A stretch of 64,000 nt of DNA from Acidobacteriota bacterium (GTDB lineage Bacteria; Acidobacteriota; UBA6911; RPQK01; JAJDTT01), in the NCBI GenBank assembly GCA_965217775.1, contig CBDCJH010000002.1, positions 3,008,001 to 3,072,000 of the forward strand. Reading direction: 5' to 3'. Positions 37,514 to 48,048 of the stretch are shown piece by piece. Numbering within the stretch: the stretch's first letter is position 1; each line of letters begins with the position of its first letter. Under the pieces are notes generated by a model. The model did no database searches and was not told where the DNA came from. It was given only the letters and a program-made list of their open reading frames with translations. Position numbers and translations under genes: made by a program.

Positions 37514-38643
37514 CACTGGAAACCCTGGCTCCGGGATACGGCCTCCACCCGGTCGGTTCGGCACCGCCGGGAGATGTTCAGAAGGATGCCGATGCCGGCC
37601 ATCATGACCAACATGGAGGATCCGCCGACCGAGACGAACGGCAGCGGAATTCCCTTGGTCGGCAGCAGGCTGACCACCACGCACATGTTGAAGATGCCTT
37701 GCAGAACCACCATGCACACGATCCCCATGGCCAGCAGGGCGCCGAATCCGGTGTCGGCCCGGTAGGCAATCCGCACTCCTCTCCAGAAAAGCACGACGAA
37801 GAGCGCTACCATGACGAGTGAACCCAACAGTCCAAGCTCTTCTCCCACGACGGCGAAGACGAAGTCGGTGTGGGACTCGGGCAGGAAATGGAGCTTCTGT
37901 CTGCTCTGGGTCAGACCCAGTCCGGTCCATCCTCCCGAACCCACGGCGATCAGGCTCTGGCGAATCTGGTAGCCGATGCCGGAGGGATCCACTTCCGGAT
38001 TCAGGAACGCCAGAATCCGATCCTTACGGTAGGAAGCGCTGAAAATGAGGGCCAGGACGACAGGAATACTCAAGCCGGCGAGACCGATCAGATAGATCAG
38101 GCGAACGCCGGCCAGGAAGAGCAGCGAGCCCACCGTCAGCGCGATGGCGCAGGCCGTCCCCAGATCGGGCTCGACCACGATCAGGGCCAACACCAGCCCG
38201 ATCACCCCCAAGAGGGGCGCCAGTACGGCCAGCGATCGGAGACTTGCACGGTATCTCTGCAGGTAGTACGCCGTGAACAGGACGACGCCCAGCTTGGCCA
38301 GTTCCGAGGGTTGAAACCGTGTGGGTCCGATGGGAATCCAGCGCCGGACCCCCTGACCGGTGGGCAGCACCAGGGGAAGAACCAGGAGAATCAGGGTGAC
38401 GGCCAGTGCCGGATAGATGAATGCGGGAGTCGCATAGCGTCGATAGTCCCAATGTACCGCGATCCAGAAGACCGACAGGCCGATGCCGACGCTCACCAAT
38501 TGCCGTTGGAAAATGCGGGTGGAGACTCCGTACCGGTCCAGCGACACCATTCCCGATGCGCTGAACGCCATCACCAGTCCGAAGCCCACCAGGACCAGAA
38601 GGACCAACAGAATCACGTGGTCGTACGGCGCTCGCCGGGTCAC
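37513..38643 (-). CDS. ftsW: Peptidoglycan polymerase FtsW
   Basis: FQPSELAK, EPDLGT, LPESHTDF, GEELG, KGIPLPFVS. Confidence 0.96.
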   Translation of the reverse strand: MTRRAPYDHVILLVLLVLVGFGLVMAFSASGMVSLDRYGVSTRIFQRQLVSVGIGLSVFWIAVHWDYRRYATPAFIYPALAVTLILLVLPLVLPTGQGVRRWIPIGPTRFQPSELAKLGVVLFTAYYLQRYRASLRSLAVLAPLLGVIGLVLALIVVEPDLGTACAIALTVGSLLFLAGVRLIYLIGLAGLSIPVVLALIFSASYRKDRILAFLNPEVDPSGIGYQIRQSLIAVGSGGWTGLGLTQSRQKLHFLPESHTDFVFAVVGEELGLLGSLVMVALFVVLFWRGVRIAYRADTGFGALLAMGIVCMVVLQGIFNMCVVVSLLPTKGIPLPFVSVGGSSMLVMMAGIGILLNISRRCRTDRVEAVSRSQGFQ

Positions 38644-39998
38644 TGTCCTTCCCCCCCGGTCAGTTGCGAAACCAGATTTTTGAAGGCTCTACCCCGTTCC
38701 TCGTAGTTCCGGAACATGTCGAAGCTGGCGCAGGCCGGAGCCAACAGCACCGCGTCTCCGGGCAACGCCTCGAGGAACGCCCGGTGGACTGCTTCCTCCA
38801 GTCCTCCGACCTCGCTCACCGGGGCCGTGCCGCGCAGTCCCTCCAAAAGGCTCTCCCTGGCCTCTCCCAAGAGCACCAGATGCCGGACCTTTCTCTTCAC
38901 CAGCGGTCTCAGCACCCGGAAGTCCGATCCCTTGTTGGTCCCCCCCATGATGGCCACCAGGGGCTGCCCCAAGGCTTCCATGGCCTTGGAGGCAGATTCC
39001 ACGTTCGTGGCCTTCGAATCGTTGTAGAAGGAAACTCCTTCCAGGTCCCGAATCCATTCCAGGCGGTGCTCCACGCCGGCGAAGCTGCGGCAGGCGCGAG
39101 CGATCGCTTCGGGTTCGACGCCCACCAGAAAGCCGGCGGCCGCGGCAGCCAGCACGTTTTCCAGATTGTGCTCCCCTTGGAGCCGGATCTGGCTCCTGTC
39201 CATCACCTGGTGCAACTCATCGTCCATTTGGACCCAGATCTTTTCGTGCCGGCAAAAAACGCCCGCGCAGCGGTCCAACCGGCTGAAGAAGAGGGAACGG
39301 GCCTCCGCGCCGTCGGCCATGCGCCTGGAATTGGGTTCGTCCCGGTTGAACACGGCGAAATCCGAACCCTTCTGGTTGAGCAGAATGCGGCGCTTGGCCT
39401 GCCAGTAGTCTTCGAAGCTCGGGTGACGGTCCAGATGATCGGGCGTGACGTTGAGGACGACAGCCACCCGGCAGCGGAGTGTCCGCGTCGTCTCCAGTTG
39501 AAAGGAGGAGAGCTCCACGACCCAGACCGTTTCCTCAGTGGCGTCCGCCACCTTCTCCAGGAGGGGAACTCCGATGTTGCCCGCCACCAGATGCGGGCGC
39601 CGGCTCGCGGCCAGCATCTCACCGATCAGCGTGGTCGTCGTGGTCTTGCCGTTGGTTCCCGTGACCCCGATCAGCGTTCCCTTCAGGAACCGGCAAGCCA
39701 GCTCGATCTCGCTCCATACCGGGATTCCCCGCTCCCGGGCCCGCACCAGGGGAGGAATCCCCGACGGCACCCCGGGGCTCAATACGATCATGTCGGCCCG
39801 CGTGAAATCCGCTTCCCGGTGGCGTCCCAGCAGCAGCCGAACCTGGCCCCGGAGCCTGGCGATCCGGTCATTCAACTCATCCTTCGTGCGCAGATCGGTG
39901 ACGCTGACACGAGCCCCCTTCCCGATCAGGAAGTTGGCTGCCGAAAGACCGGTTCGGGCCAGTCCTACGACCAGGATGTCTCGACCGGACAACTTCAT
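38640..39998 (-). CDS. murD: UDP-MurNAc-L-Ala--D-glutamate ligase
   Basis: TGTNGKTTT, ELSSFQL, NDSKATN, PACASFD. Confidence 0.97.
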   Translation of the reverse strand: MKLSGRDILVVGLARTGLSAANFLIGKGARVSVTDLRTKDELNDRIARLRGQVRLLLGRHREADFTRADMIVLSPGVPSGIPPLVRARERGIPVWSEIELACRFLKGTLIGVTGTNGKTTTTTLIGEMLAASRRPHLVAGNIGVPLLEKVADATEETVWVVELSSFQLETTRTLRCRVAVVLNVTPDHLDRHPSFEDYWQAKRRILLNQKGSDFAVFNRDEPNSRRMADGAEARSLFFSRLDRCAGVFCRHEKIWVQMDDELHQVMDRSQIRLQGEHNLENVLAAAAAGFLVGVEPEAIARACRSFAGVEHRLEWIRDLEGVSFYNDSKATNVESASKAMEALGQPLVAIMGGTNKGSDFRVLRPLVKRKVRHLVLLGEARESLLEGLRGTAPVSEVGGLEEAVHRAFLEALPGDAVLLAPACASFDMFRNYEERGRAFKNLVSQLTGGEGQ

Positions 39999-40019
39999 TG
40001 CCGAACCCTCGCCATGCCG

Positions 40020-41132
40020 TTACCTGAGCTTCAGCGTGGTCAGGCTGAAAAGTGCGAACAGCAGGCCCAGAACCCAGAAACGCACCACGACTTTGGGCTC
40101 GTCCCAGCCCAGAAGCTCGAAATGGTGATGCAGGGGAGCCATTCGCAGAATGCGCTTCCCGGTGGCCTTGAAGTACAAGACCTGGAAGATGACCGACAGT
40201 GCCTCCAGGACGAAGATGCCTCCGATGGACAACAACAGGAGTTCCTGCTTGATGAGCACCGCCACGGTGGCGATGGCGCCACCCAGGGACATGGACCCCA
40301 CGTCTCCCATGAAGATCTCCGCGGGGTGCGTGTTGTACCAGAGAAACCCCAGGCTCGCCCCTACCATGGCGCCGCAAAAGATGCTCAGCTCGCTGGCATA
40401 AGTGTTCTTGATCAGTCCCAGATAGGTGGCAAAGGTGGCGTGGCTGGTCACATAGGCCAGAACCGTCAATGCCGAAGCCGCAATCACCATCAGGCCGCTG
40501 GCCAACCCATCCAAACCATCGGTCAGGTTCACGGCATTGCTGCTTCCCACGATGACCAGAGCCGTGAACGCAATCAGGGGAATGAAGGTGGAAACACCCA
40601 ACACCACCCAATCCAGTTCCGGCGTGAAACGCTTGAAGAACGGGACACTCAGTTGAATGCTGTAGAGGCCCTGCTGGTGCAGCGCCACCAGAGTGAGTCC
40701 GATGCCCAGGGCGATCAGCACCTGGAACAGGAGTTTGCTCCGCGGCCGCAGGCCGGCGGAGTTCTTCCTGGAGACCTTGAGGTAGTCGTCGGCCAGACCC
40801 ACGCCGCCGAACAGGACCAGAGAGGCGACCGCGATCCAGACGTAGAGGTTTCCCAGATCGGCCCACAACAGGGTGGGGAGTGCGATGCTGACGACGATGA
40901 GCACCCCTCCCATGGTGGGGGTGCCGGCCTTCTGCAGGTGCCTTTCGGGACCGTCTTCCCGGATGAACTGGCCGATCTGATAGTCCCGGAGCTTGGCGAT
41001 GAGCCAGGGACCCAGGATCAGACTCAAGGCCAGCGCCGTCAGGGTGGCGTAGGCGGTGCGAAACGTAATGTAGCGGAGTACGTTCAGGACCGAGAACTGG
41101 TCGTGAAAGGCGTACAGCAGATGATAGATCAA
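40020..41132 (-). CDS. mraY: Phospho-N-acetylmuramoyl-pentapeptide transferase
   Basis: KAGTPTMGG, DDY, NLTDGLDG, FMGD, MAPLHHHFE. Confidence 0.98.
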   Translation of the reverse strand: MIYHLLYAFHDQFSVLNVLRYITFRTAYATLTALALSLILGPWLIAKLRDYQIGQFIREDGPERHLQKAGTPTMGGVLIVVSIALPTLLWADLGNLYVWIAVASLVLFGGVGLADDYLKVSRKNSAGLRPRSKLLFQVLIALGIGLTLVALHQQGLYSIQLSVPFFKRFTPELDWVVLGVSTFIPLIAFTALVIVGSSNAVNLTDGLDGLASGLMVIAASALTVLAYVTSHATFATYLGLIKNTYASELSIFCGAMVGASLGFLWYNTHPAEIFMGDVGSMSLGGAIATVAVLIKQELLLLSIGGIFVLEALSVIFQVLYFKATGKRILRMAPLHHHFELLGWDEPKVVVRFWVLGLLFALFSLTTLKLR

Positions 41133-42553
41133 GTCCCCTTCCCCTTTTCCAAGTGTGCAGCGATCCGGTCCATTCCGACCCCGCGAGACCCTTTGATCAA
41201 GAGGAAGTCACCGCTGCAGATGAAGCCGGACAAGTATTCCGCCGCTTCCTCCGAAGTCCCGAAGTAGAGGGTCCTGGCGTCTGCCAGACCCGCCTCGCGA
41301 GCCCCCTCCAGAACCGGCCGGGCTCCCGCACCCACTGCCGCCAGCAGATGAGGCTCGGTCCGGGCCGCCATCCTTCCGACTCGACGATGCCAGACCGCGC
41401 TCTCGGGACCCAACTCCAGCATCTCTCCCAGAGCGAGGATCCGGCGGCCGCCGGCGGCCGACTGGCCCACGGTCTCCAACACCATCCGTACGGCTTGCGG
41501 GTTCGAGTTGTAGGAGTCGTCCAAGATTCTGATCCGCCGGGAATCGGACATCTCCAACCCCCGGATCTTCCCTCGCATGGGCAATGTGGACAGGCTGGGA
41601 ATCGCCCCTTCGATCTGCTCCCGGCTCAAGCCCAGAGTCCGGGCCGCAGCCACGGCCGCCGCCAGGTTGTAGAGATGGTGGCGTCCCACGAAGGCAACTT
41701 GGCAGTTCGATTCGCCCCCTTCGGTCCGCAGCCTGAACCGGGTGCTGTTCGAGTCCACCGCTCGAACCTCCGTGACCCGTACGTCCGCTTCCTGCTCCAG
41801 TGAGAAGGAGACCCTGCGCCCGCGGAAGCTGGAAGCGAGACCCGCCACCCGATGATCGTCGGCGTTGTAGACGAAGGTCCCCGCCGGCGGCATGTCCTCC
41901 AGGATTTCTCCCTTGGCTCGCGCAATCTCATCGACACTGGAGAAGTATTCGAGATGCACCGGCGCCACGTTGGTGATGACGGCGAGATCGGGACGGCAGA
42001 TCTGAGCCAGCCGCCGGATCTCGCCGGCGTGGTTCATGCCCAGTTCCAGTACCGCCAGATCATGCCGCTCCTCCAGCCGCAGCAGGGAAAGCGGCACTCC
42101 GAAGGCGTTGTTGAAGTTTGCCGGGGACTGAAGAACCTGGTAGCCGGATTCGAGCAGCCGGGCGGTGAAGGTGCGGGTCGTCGTCTTGCCCATGCTCCCG
42201 GTCACGCCGACCAGTGACCGGCCCCACTGCTTGCGGAGTTCGGCAGCCAGTTCCTGAAGCGCCAGGGTGGTGTCGGCGACGCGGAGGAAGATCCGGTCTC
42301 CATAGGCGCCGGCATCCAAGTCCGGGGTGCGGGAACAGACCGCCACCGCGGCCCCACGCTCCATCGCGGCCTCCAGGAAATCGTGCCCGTCCAGGCGATC
42401 TCCCTTGATGGCAAAGAAACAATCGCCCGGCTTCACCTGCCGGCTGTCGATGACGACCCGGGGCAGAAGCCGATTCGCTTGCCGACCGGGTTCCCGGCCC
42501 CAGCTTCGGGCCCCCATGACCTCTGCTGCTTTCCGGAAGTCTAGTCCGAACAC
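41129..42553 (-). CDS. murF: UDP-MurNAc-tripeptide--D-Ala-D-Ala ligase
   Basis: DSR, TGSMGKTTT, ELGMNHAGE, DDSYNSNP, KGSRG. Confidence 0.96.
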   Translation of the reverse strand: MFGLDFRKAAEVMGARSWGREPGRQANRLLPRVVIDSRQVKPGDCFFAIKGDRLDGHDFLEAAMERGAAVAVCSRTPDLDAGAYGDRIFLRVADTTLALQELAAELRKQWGRSLVGVTGSMGKTTTRTFTARLLESGYQVLQSPANFNNAFGVPLSLLRLEERHDLAVLELGMNHAGEIRRLAQICRPDLAVITNVAPVHLEYFSSVDEIARAKGEILEDMPPAGTFVYNADDHRVAGLASSFRGRRVSFSLEQEADVRVTEVRAVDSNSTRFRLRTEGGESNCQVAFVGRHHLYNLAAAVAAARTLGLSREQIEGAIPSLSTLPMRGKIRGLEMSDSRRIRILDDSYNSNPQAVRMVLETVGQSAAGGRRILALGEMLELGPESAVWHRRVGRMAARTEPHLLAAVGAGARPVLEGAREAGLADARTLYFGTSEEAAEYLSGFICSGDFLLIKGSRGVGMDRIAAHLEKGKGT

Positions 42554-44004
42554 ACCGAATCCCTGACCGTTTCCCGATCATCGAAGGGGATCCGTACGCC
42601 CCGGATCTCCTGATAGGCTTCTTGTCCCTTGCCCGCCACCAGGACCAGATCTCCGGTCCGGGCCAGCTTCACGACGCGGTCAATCGCCTCTTTCCGATCG
42701 GTGATGGTTTCGAAGTTGCTTCTCTCGGGCGGGATTCCCGCCCTTATCTGCCGAAGGATGGCCTCCGGATCCTCGCTACGCGGATTGTCCGTGGTCAGAA
42801 TGGTCCAGTCCGACTGGCGGGTGGCGATTTCGCCCATCCGCGGACGTTTGGACGCGTCCCGGTCTCCGCCGCAGCCGAAGACGCAAAGCACGCGGTTCGA
42901 GGTCAAGCCCCGGGCCAGGCACAATACGTTCTCCAGTGCGTCCGGCGTATGAGCGTAGTCCACGACCACCGTGTAGTCCCGGTCCACGTCTACCTTCTCG
43001 AAACGGCCGGGGACCCGGTCGAGGCTGGAGATGCCGCTGCAGATCTGTTCGTCCGGAATCCCCAGTGCATGGCAGGCCGCCACCGCCGCCATGATGTTGT
43101 ACAGGTTGTGATCTCCGACCAGGGGACTGCTCAAGGTAAGGCCTCGACCCCGGCACTCGAGTTCGAGCCGTGTCCCGTCAACCGTGGTCGTCCGCGTCAG
43201 AGGGCGGACCTGCGCCTCCGGCGTCATTCCGAAGGTCACGGCCTCACCTTCCGGACGGAGCCGGCGGCTCGCCGGATCGTCGTGATTGATCACCGACCAG
43301 GCCAGACCGGGGTTGTATTCGGACTGGAACAGGAGGCGCTTGGCCTGGAGGTAGTTCTCACGAGTGCGATGAAAGTCCAGGTGATCCTGGGTCAGATTGG
43401 TGAAGACGGCCACCGGGAACCGGCAGCCGTAGACCCGGTTCAGGGCGAGGGAATGCGAGGAAACCTCCATCACGCCCCGGCAGCAGCCGGCTTCGATTGC
43501 CTGGTGCAGAATCGCCTGGATGTCGATCGATTCCGGCGTGGTCCGCTCCGAGGACCAGTTCCTGCCGCCGAGACGCGCTCCCAGGGTCCCCATCACGAGA
43601 GACGGTTCCCCTTGGCTCATGATGGAGTGCACCAGAAATGCGGTCGTGGTCTTGCCGTTGGTCCCGGTTATGCCCACCAGCCTCAGCTTGCTGGACGGGT
43701 GTCCGAAGAAGTGATCCGCGACGCTGGCCATGGAGCGCCGGATACACGAAACCTGGATCCAAACGAAGCCGCAATTGTCCGGAGCCGGCCGTTCCGAGGC
43801 CACGGCAACCGCACCCCGTTTCAGAGCCTGATCCAGGTAGAGATGTCCGTCGCTCCGGAACCCTTGGATGGCAAAAAAAAGGCTTCCGGTTTCCGCTTGC
43901 CGGGAGTCGTAAGCCAGGGACTCGATCTCCGGGTCGCCCGCCTCAGCGACGGCGCTCACGAATGCTCTGACTCCTTCGGCCGAGAGCAAGCTGCTGAGTC
44001 TCAT
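42541..44004 (-). CDS. murE: UDP-MurNAc-dipeptide--meso-diaminopimelate ligase
   Basis: TGTNGKTT, MEVSSH, DYAHTPD, DNPR (DAP-specific motif). Confidence 0.96.
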   Translation of the reverse strand: MRLSSLLSAEGVRAFVSAVAEAGDPEIESLAYDSRQAETGSLFFAIQGFRSDGHLYLDQALKRGAVAVASERPAPDNCGFVWIQVSCIRRSMASVADHFFGHPSSKLRLVGITGTNGKTTTAFLVHSIMSQGEPSLVMGTLGARLGGRNWSSERTTPESIDIQAILHQAIEAGCCRGVMEVSSHSLALNRVYGCRFPVAVFTNLTQDHLDFHRTRENYLQAKRLLFQSEYNPGLAWSVINHDDPASRRLRPEGEAVTFGMTPEAQVRPLTRTTTVDGTRLELECRGRGLTLSSPLVGDHNLYNIMAAVAACHALGIPDEQICSGISSLDRVPGRFEKVDVDRDYTVVVDYAHTPDALENVLCLARGLTSNRVLCVFGCGGDRDASKRPRMGEIATRQSDWTILTTDNPRSEDPEAILRQIRAGIPPERSNFETITDRKEAIDRVVKLARTGDLVLVAGKGQEAYQEIRGVRIPFDDRETVRDSVCSD

Positions 44005-46072
44005 AGATGGAGCTTTCCGTGCTGTCCAAATGGACCTGACACATCGATTCGGGGAAAACCGGAGTGCCGGGTTTGGGGTGCTGTGCCACAACCAGGCCGC
44101 TGCCGGTCACTCTCAACCTCAGAGAGAGACTGCCGGCCTTTCGGAGTGCTTCCCGGAGGCTGAGACCACTCAGGTCCGGGAGCGGGAAGGTCCCGGTTGC
44201 CACCGTCACCGACCTGCCTCCATCCGCGTCCGGTTTTCCGTCTCCGATCAGGCTCGACAATTCCGCTGCCAGCCCATCCCGCGTCAACGGCTCCTCGGCC
44301 GCTGACGCCGTCAGGTCCACCGGCCGGCTCGGCCGCTTCTTCTTTTGGCGAGCCAGCAGCCTGCCCGGCTGCGGCAACGGTCGATCCTGAGGGACCTGGA
44401 GACTGACCAGAGACCGTTCCATGATGCGGCGGAAGGCGGGAGCGGCCACGATTCCACCGTAGTGGTGGACTCGAGGCTCGTCGATGACGACCAGCGCGGC
44501 CAGTACCGGATTCGAGAGGGGCGCGATTCCGCCAAACGAGGCCACGAAACGGGTGCGCGAATAGCTGCCGTCCACGAACTTCTGAGCGGTGCCGGTCTTT
44601 CCGCCGGCCGAGTATCCGGCCGGCTGGGCCCTGCGTCCCGTCCCTCGTTCCACGACCATGCCCATGGCATTCCTGATGGTCCGAACGGTCTCCGCAGACA
44701 GAATCCTCTCGCGCTCGACGCGGTTCTCCTCCAATACCGTTCCGTCCTCGGAGAGGGTGTGCCGGACCAGGCGGGGTTTCACCAGATAGCCTCCGTTGCC
44801 GAAGACCGCGAAGGCACGGACCATCTGGATCGGCGTGACTCCAAGCTCCTGTCCGATGGAAAGGGCTCCTATGGAGATTCGGGACCAGCGTTCCGGTGGA
44901 ACCAGCAGGCCAACCTGCTCTCCCGGCAATTCGATTCGCGTCTTGCTTCCGAAACCGAATCGCCGGATGTAGGAATACAGTTTTTCCTCACCCAATCGGA
45001 GTCCCATCTTGATGGTGCCGACGTTGCTCGACTTGGCCAGAATCTCCTCGAAGCTGAGGGTCCCGTAGCTCCTCTTGGCTTCCCGGTAGACCTTGCGGCC
45101 CAAGCGCACCGTTCCGACCCGGCAGTCAACCAGTTCTCCCGATTGGACGAGCCCCTCCTCCAGGGCGGCTGACAGCGTCACCAGCTTGAAGGTCGACCCC
45201 GGTTCATAGATGTCGAGGATGGCACGGTTTCGTTTTTCTTCGGGGCCGTAGCTGGTGTAGTCGTTGGGGTTGTAGGTTGGATGGGAGGCCAGGGCCAGAA
45301 TCTCTCCGGTGTGAACATCCATGACGACGGCCGACCCCGACGCCCCTTTGAATTCGCGAATCGTATCCCCCAAGATCTGCTCCACCGAGTACTGGATGGA
45401 CTCGTCCAGATTGAGGACCACGATGTTTCCTCCGGAACCGGTGTCCGAGGATTCACGGTTGTAGACATGCCGCCGACCGTCCACCTTCAGATTGACGCGA
45501 GTCGTCTCGCCCCGCATCACTCCGTCATAGAGGTATTCGACCCCGCCCAGGCCTTCGTTTTCCACCCCCACGAATCCCAGGACGTGAGCCGCCAGTTCCC
45601 ATTGGGGATAGGTTCGCTTCATGTCCCAGTCCACCTGGATGCCCTTGAGCTTCAGCGCGTTGATGGTCGTGACCTGGTGCGGCGGGATCTTTCTCGCCAG
45701 GTAGGTGAAGCCGGTGTTGGAAACGAGCGTCTCCTGGATCTCCTCTCGGCTCAGTGGCAGGAACGGAGCCAGGGCCTTGGCAGCCTTGCCGGGATCCCGG
45801 ACTTGCCCGGCATGACTCCCGACCGAGCCGCTCTCGACGCTTACGGCCAGTTCCCGAAGATTCCGGTCCAGAATCTCGCCCCGCTTGAACCTGACGTAAA
45901 CGTGACCCTTGCTCTGGGCCTGCGCCTGTTGGCGGTAGTGGTCCCGCTTCAAGACCTGCAGGTCCACCAGGCGGACCACAAGGCCCGCGACCGAGACCAG
46001 GACGAGCATGTAGAACAGGATCACCCGTCTTGGGTTCAGGGCGTGGTTCCGGTCTGGGGAATCCGCATTCAT
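43943..46072 (-). CDS. ftsI: Penicillin-binding protein 3 (FtsI) with C-terminal PASTA domain
   Basis: EPGSTFK, SSN, KTGT; PDLSGLSLREA PASTA-like tail. Confidence 0.94.
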   Translation of the reverse strand: MNADSPDRNHALNPRRVILFYMLVLVSVAGLVVRLVDLQVLKRDHYRQQAQAQSKGHVYVRFKRGEILDRNLRELAVSVESGSVGSHAGQVRDPGKAAKALAPFLPLSREEIQETLVSNTGFTYLARKIPPHQVTTINALKLKGIQVDWDMKRTYPQWELAAHVLGFVGVENEGLGGVEYLYDGVMRGETTRVNLKVDGRRHVYNRESSDTGSGGNIVVLNLDESIQYSVEQILGDTIREFKGASGSAVVMDVHTGEILALASHPTYNPNDYTSYGPEEKRNRAILDIYEPGSTFKLVTLSAALEEGLVQSGELVDCRVGTVRLGRKVYREAKRSYGTLSFEEILAKSSNVGTIKMGLRLGEEKLYSYIRRFGFGSKTRIELPGEQVGLLVPPERWSRISIGALSIGQELGVTPIQMVRAFAVFGNGGYLVKPRLVRHTLSEDGTVLEENRVERERILSAETVRTIRNAMGMVVERGTGRRAQPAGYSAGGKTGTAQKFVDGSYSRTRFVASFGGIAPLSNPVLAALVVIDEPRVHHYGGIVAAPAFRRIMERSLVSLQVPQDRPLPQPGRLLARQKKKRPSRPVDLTASAAEEPLTRDGLAAELSSLIGDGKPDADGGRSVTVATGTFPLPDLSGLSLREALRKAGSLSLRLRVTGSGLVVAQHPKPGTPVFPESMCQVHLDSTESSIYETQQLALGRRSQSIRERRR

Positions 46073-46467
46073 TCTGACAAAGCCTCGAAACGGTTGCGGG
46101 CCGCGGCTACCAACTCGCGTCCCGGCTCGGAGAGGCGAGATTTGCCTTCGATGATTCTGACCGACCCGGTGCTGGAATCGATGAGCCCCAGACTCGAGGC
46201 TCGCCGATCGATGGTCTCGGGGTTGATGAGCGTGGCATGCTCGACTCGGAGTGCGTCGTTGAATTCCCGAAGCTCCGTGTTCTCCTTGCGCAGCCGTGCT
46301 GCTTCGTACTGGGATTCCAGGATCCCCATCCGCAGACCCGCGTAGCCGAGCACCAACGCCGCGACCAAGCCAACCGCCAACAACCAGCGCAGCATTTCCC
46401 AACCGGTCGCCCCGGAAACTTCCTGAAGCGGAAGGTTACGATAGTTCTGATAACAGCAATCCATCAT
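46069..46467 (-). CDS. ftsL: Cell division protein FtsL
   Basis: Single TM helix plus coiled coil between rsmH and ftsI. Confidence 0.75.
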   Translation of the reverse strand: MMDCCYQNYRNLPLQEVSGATGWEMLRWLLAVGLVAALVLGYAGLRMGILESQYEAARLRKENTELREFNDALRVEHATLINPETIDRRASSLGLIDSSTGSVRIIEGKSRLSEPGRELVAAARNRFEALSE

Positions 46468-47519
46468 CTGTCCTGCCCTCTGTTCGCTTCCCTGGCTCCG
46501 TCACCCAACCGGGATCCAACCGCCTTCCGGCCACGTTCCGCACGGGAACCGGCGCCGCCACCGTGACCGCCGGTCGAGGCGTTCAGACGTTCCACGGCTC
46601 GGAGCTTGGAGCTTCGTGCGCGCGGGTTGGTTCGAATCTCGTGTCCCGATGGCCGGACCGGTCTCCGGGTCAGGATTCGAACCCGGCGGCGGCGGGGGCA
46701 TCCGCACAGATCCCGGGGAAAAAAACAGATGCATTTTCCTGATTCCCGGGCAAAAGCCCGCTTCACCAAACGATCCTCGAGGCTGTGAAACGCCAAAACC
46801 ACCAGCCGGCCTCCCGGCCGCAAAAAATCCACAACGCCGGAGAGGAACGCCTCCAGGTTCTTCAATTCCTGATTGACCTCGATTCGAAGAGCCTGAAAGA
46901 CCTGGGTTGCGGGGTGGAGACGAGTCCCCCGGGGCCAACCTTTGACTCGCTCCACCACCGCCGCCAACTCCGTCGTCGTTTCGAAACGCTTCCTGTGGCG
47001 CTCCTCGACCAGCGCCGCTACCACCTTTGCCGCCCCAGTGACCTCGCCGTAGGTCTTGAGAATCTCCACCAGACGTTCGGGGGGCGAATCATTGACCAGA
47101 TTCGCCGCCGTAACGCTCTGGGTGCGGTCCATTCTCATGTCCAGAGGCCCCTCCTTCATGATGCTGAATCCCCGCTCAGCCACCTCCAACTGGAGTGAAG
47201 AAACCCCCACGTCGGCCAGGCAGCCGTCGATCCGGCGAATCCGGAGTCTCCGGAGCAGCCGGGGAAGATTCCTGAAGTTCTCCCGGTGCAGGCTCAGCTT
47301 GGCCTTCGAACCCGCAAGGCGCCGGGCAGCCAGCCGGAGAGCGTCTTCGTCCAGATCCAGGACCACCAGGCGTCCCTCTCCCAACCTCTTCGCGATTGCT
47401 CGGGAATGACCGCCCGGACCGACCGTGCAATCGACGTAAATGCCCTGCGGCCGAACCTGGAGATGGTCCAGAACCGATTTGCACAAGACCGGAATGTGGA
47501 CTGCTTCCATTCTCGTCAT
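46464..47519 (-). CDS. rsmH: 16S rRNA m4C1402 methyltransferase
   Basis: HIPVL, DCTVGPGGHS, GVSSLQ, FQALRIEVN, FHSLEDR, NPRARSSKLR. Confidence 0.96.
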   Translation of the reverse strand: MTRMEAVHIPVLCKSVLDHLQVRPQGIYVDCTVGPGGHSRAIAKRLGEGRLVVLDLDEDALRLAARRLAGSKAKLSLHRENFRNLPRLLRRLRIRRIDGCLADVGVSSLQLEVAERGFSIMKEGPLDMRMDRTQSVTAANLVNDSPPERLVEILKTYGEVTGAAKVVAALVEERHRKRFETTTELAAVVERVKGWPRGTRLHPATQVFQALRIEVNQELKNLEAFLSGVVDFLRPGGRLVVLAFHSLEDRLVKRAFARESGKCICFFPRDLCGCPRRRRVRILTRRPVRPSGHEIRTNPRARSSKLRAVERLNASTGGHGGGAGSRAERGRKAVGSRLGDGAREANRGQDR

Positions 47520-47521
47520 GG

Positions 47522-47962
47522 TCAAAGCCCCAACTCCGCCAGGGCGATCTCGTCCTCTCGCGTATACGGATCGGCTTCGAGCAGACTCTCGAAGCGCTCC
47601 CGATTCCAAAGCTGCAGATAGGTCAAGGACCCCATGACCGCAACCCCGTTGCTGATTTCGGCACGTTGTCGGAGATGGGGAGGGATCAGGACTCTTCCCT
47701 GCCGGTCCATGGAGACCATCTGGCCGTAGTAGTTCGTGTTGCGCAGAAACTTGATCTTCTCGGGCAGCATCTTGGGAGGCTCCAGCAACTTGCTCTCGAT
47801 CAGCTCCCATTCGCTGAGGGGATAGATCAGGACGTATTGGCCGGTGGTGCTGGTGACGTACAGCTCCGGGCCGTACTTCTCCTCCATGATCCTCCGATAT
47901 GCCACCGGGATCTTGATCCGTCCCTGAGCGTCGATCTTGGTGGGGAAATTTCCTCTGAACAA
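47522..47962 (-). CDS. mraZ: Transcriptional repressor MraZ
   Basis: FRG..KIDAQGRIKIP and MDRQGRVLIP (two DxxGR motifs); probable TTG start at 47962. Confidence 0.93.
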   Translation of the reverse strand: MFRGNFPTKIDAQGRIKIPVAYRRIMEEKYGPELYVTSTTGQYVLIYPLSEWELIESKLLEPPKMLPEKIKFLRNTNYYGQMVSMDRQGRVLIPPHLRQRAEISNGVAVMGSLTYLQLWNRERFESLLEADPYTREDEIALAELGL

Positions 47963-47982
47963 AGTGACTATCCGGTATTGTC

Positions 47983-48048
47983 TAGACCTATTTATCCCTT
48001 TTTGAACTAATTTGGACCACAATATTCCTATCGCAGACCGAGTGTCAA
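47983..48048 (-). promoter_or_regulatory. dcw promoter and candidate MraZ boxes
   Basis: TTGACA-18 nt-TATTGT, then ~10-bp phased units GTGGTCCAAA/TTAGTTCAAA/AAGGGATAAA/TAGGTCTAGA. Confidence 0.55.

Noticed and set aside
38664-41267. Long antisense ORFs (e.g. 38664-41267, 23176-25686, 9294-11345, 11153-13093)
   Set aside because: Shadow frames of high-GC genes with no recognisable motifs.
46464-46590. RsmH C-terminal extension as a fused domain
   Set aside because: Low-complexity Gly/Arg tail running to the ftsL overlap; most likely stop-codon drift.
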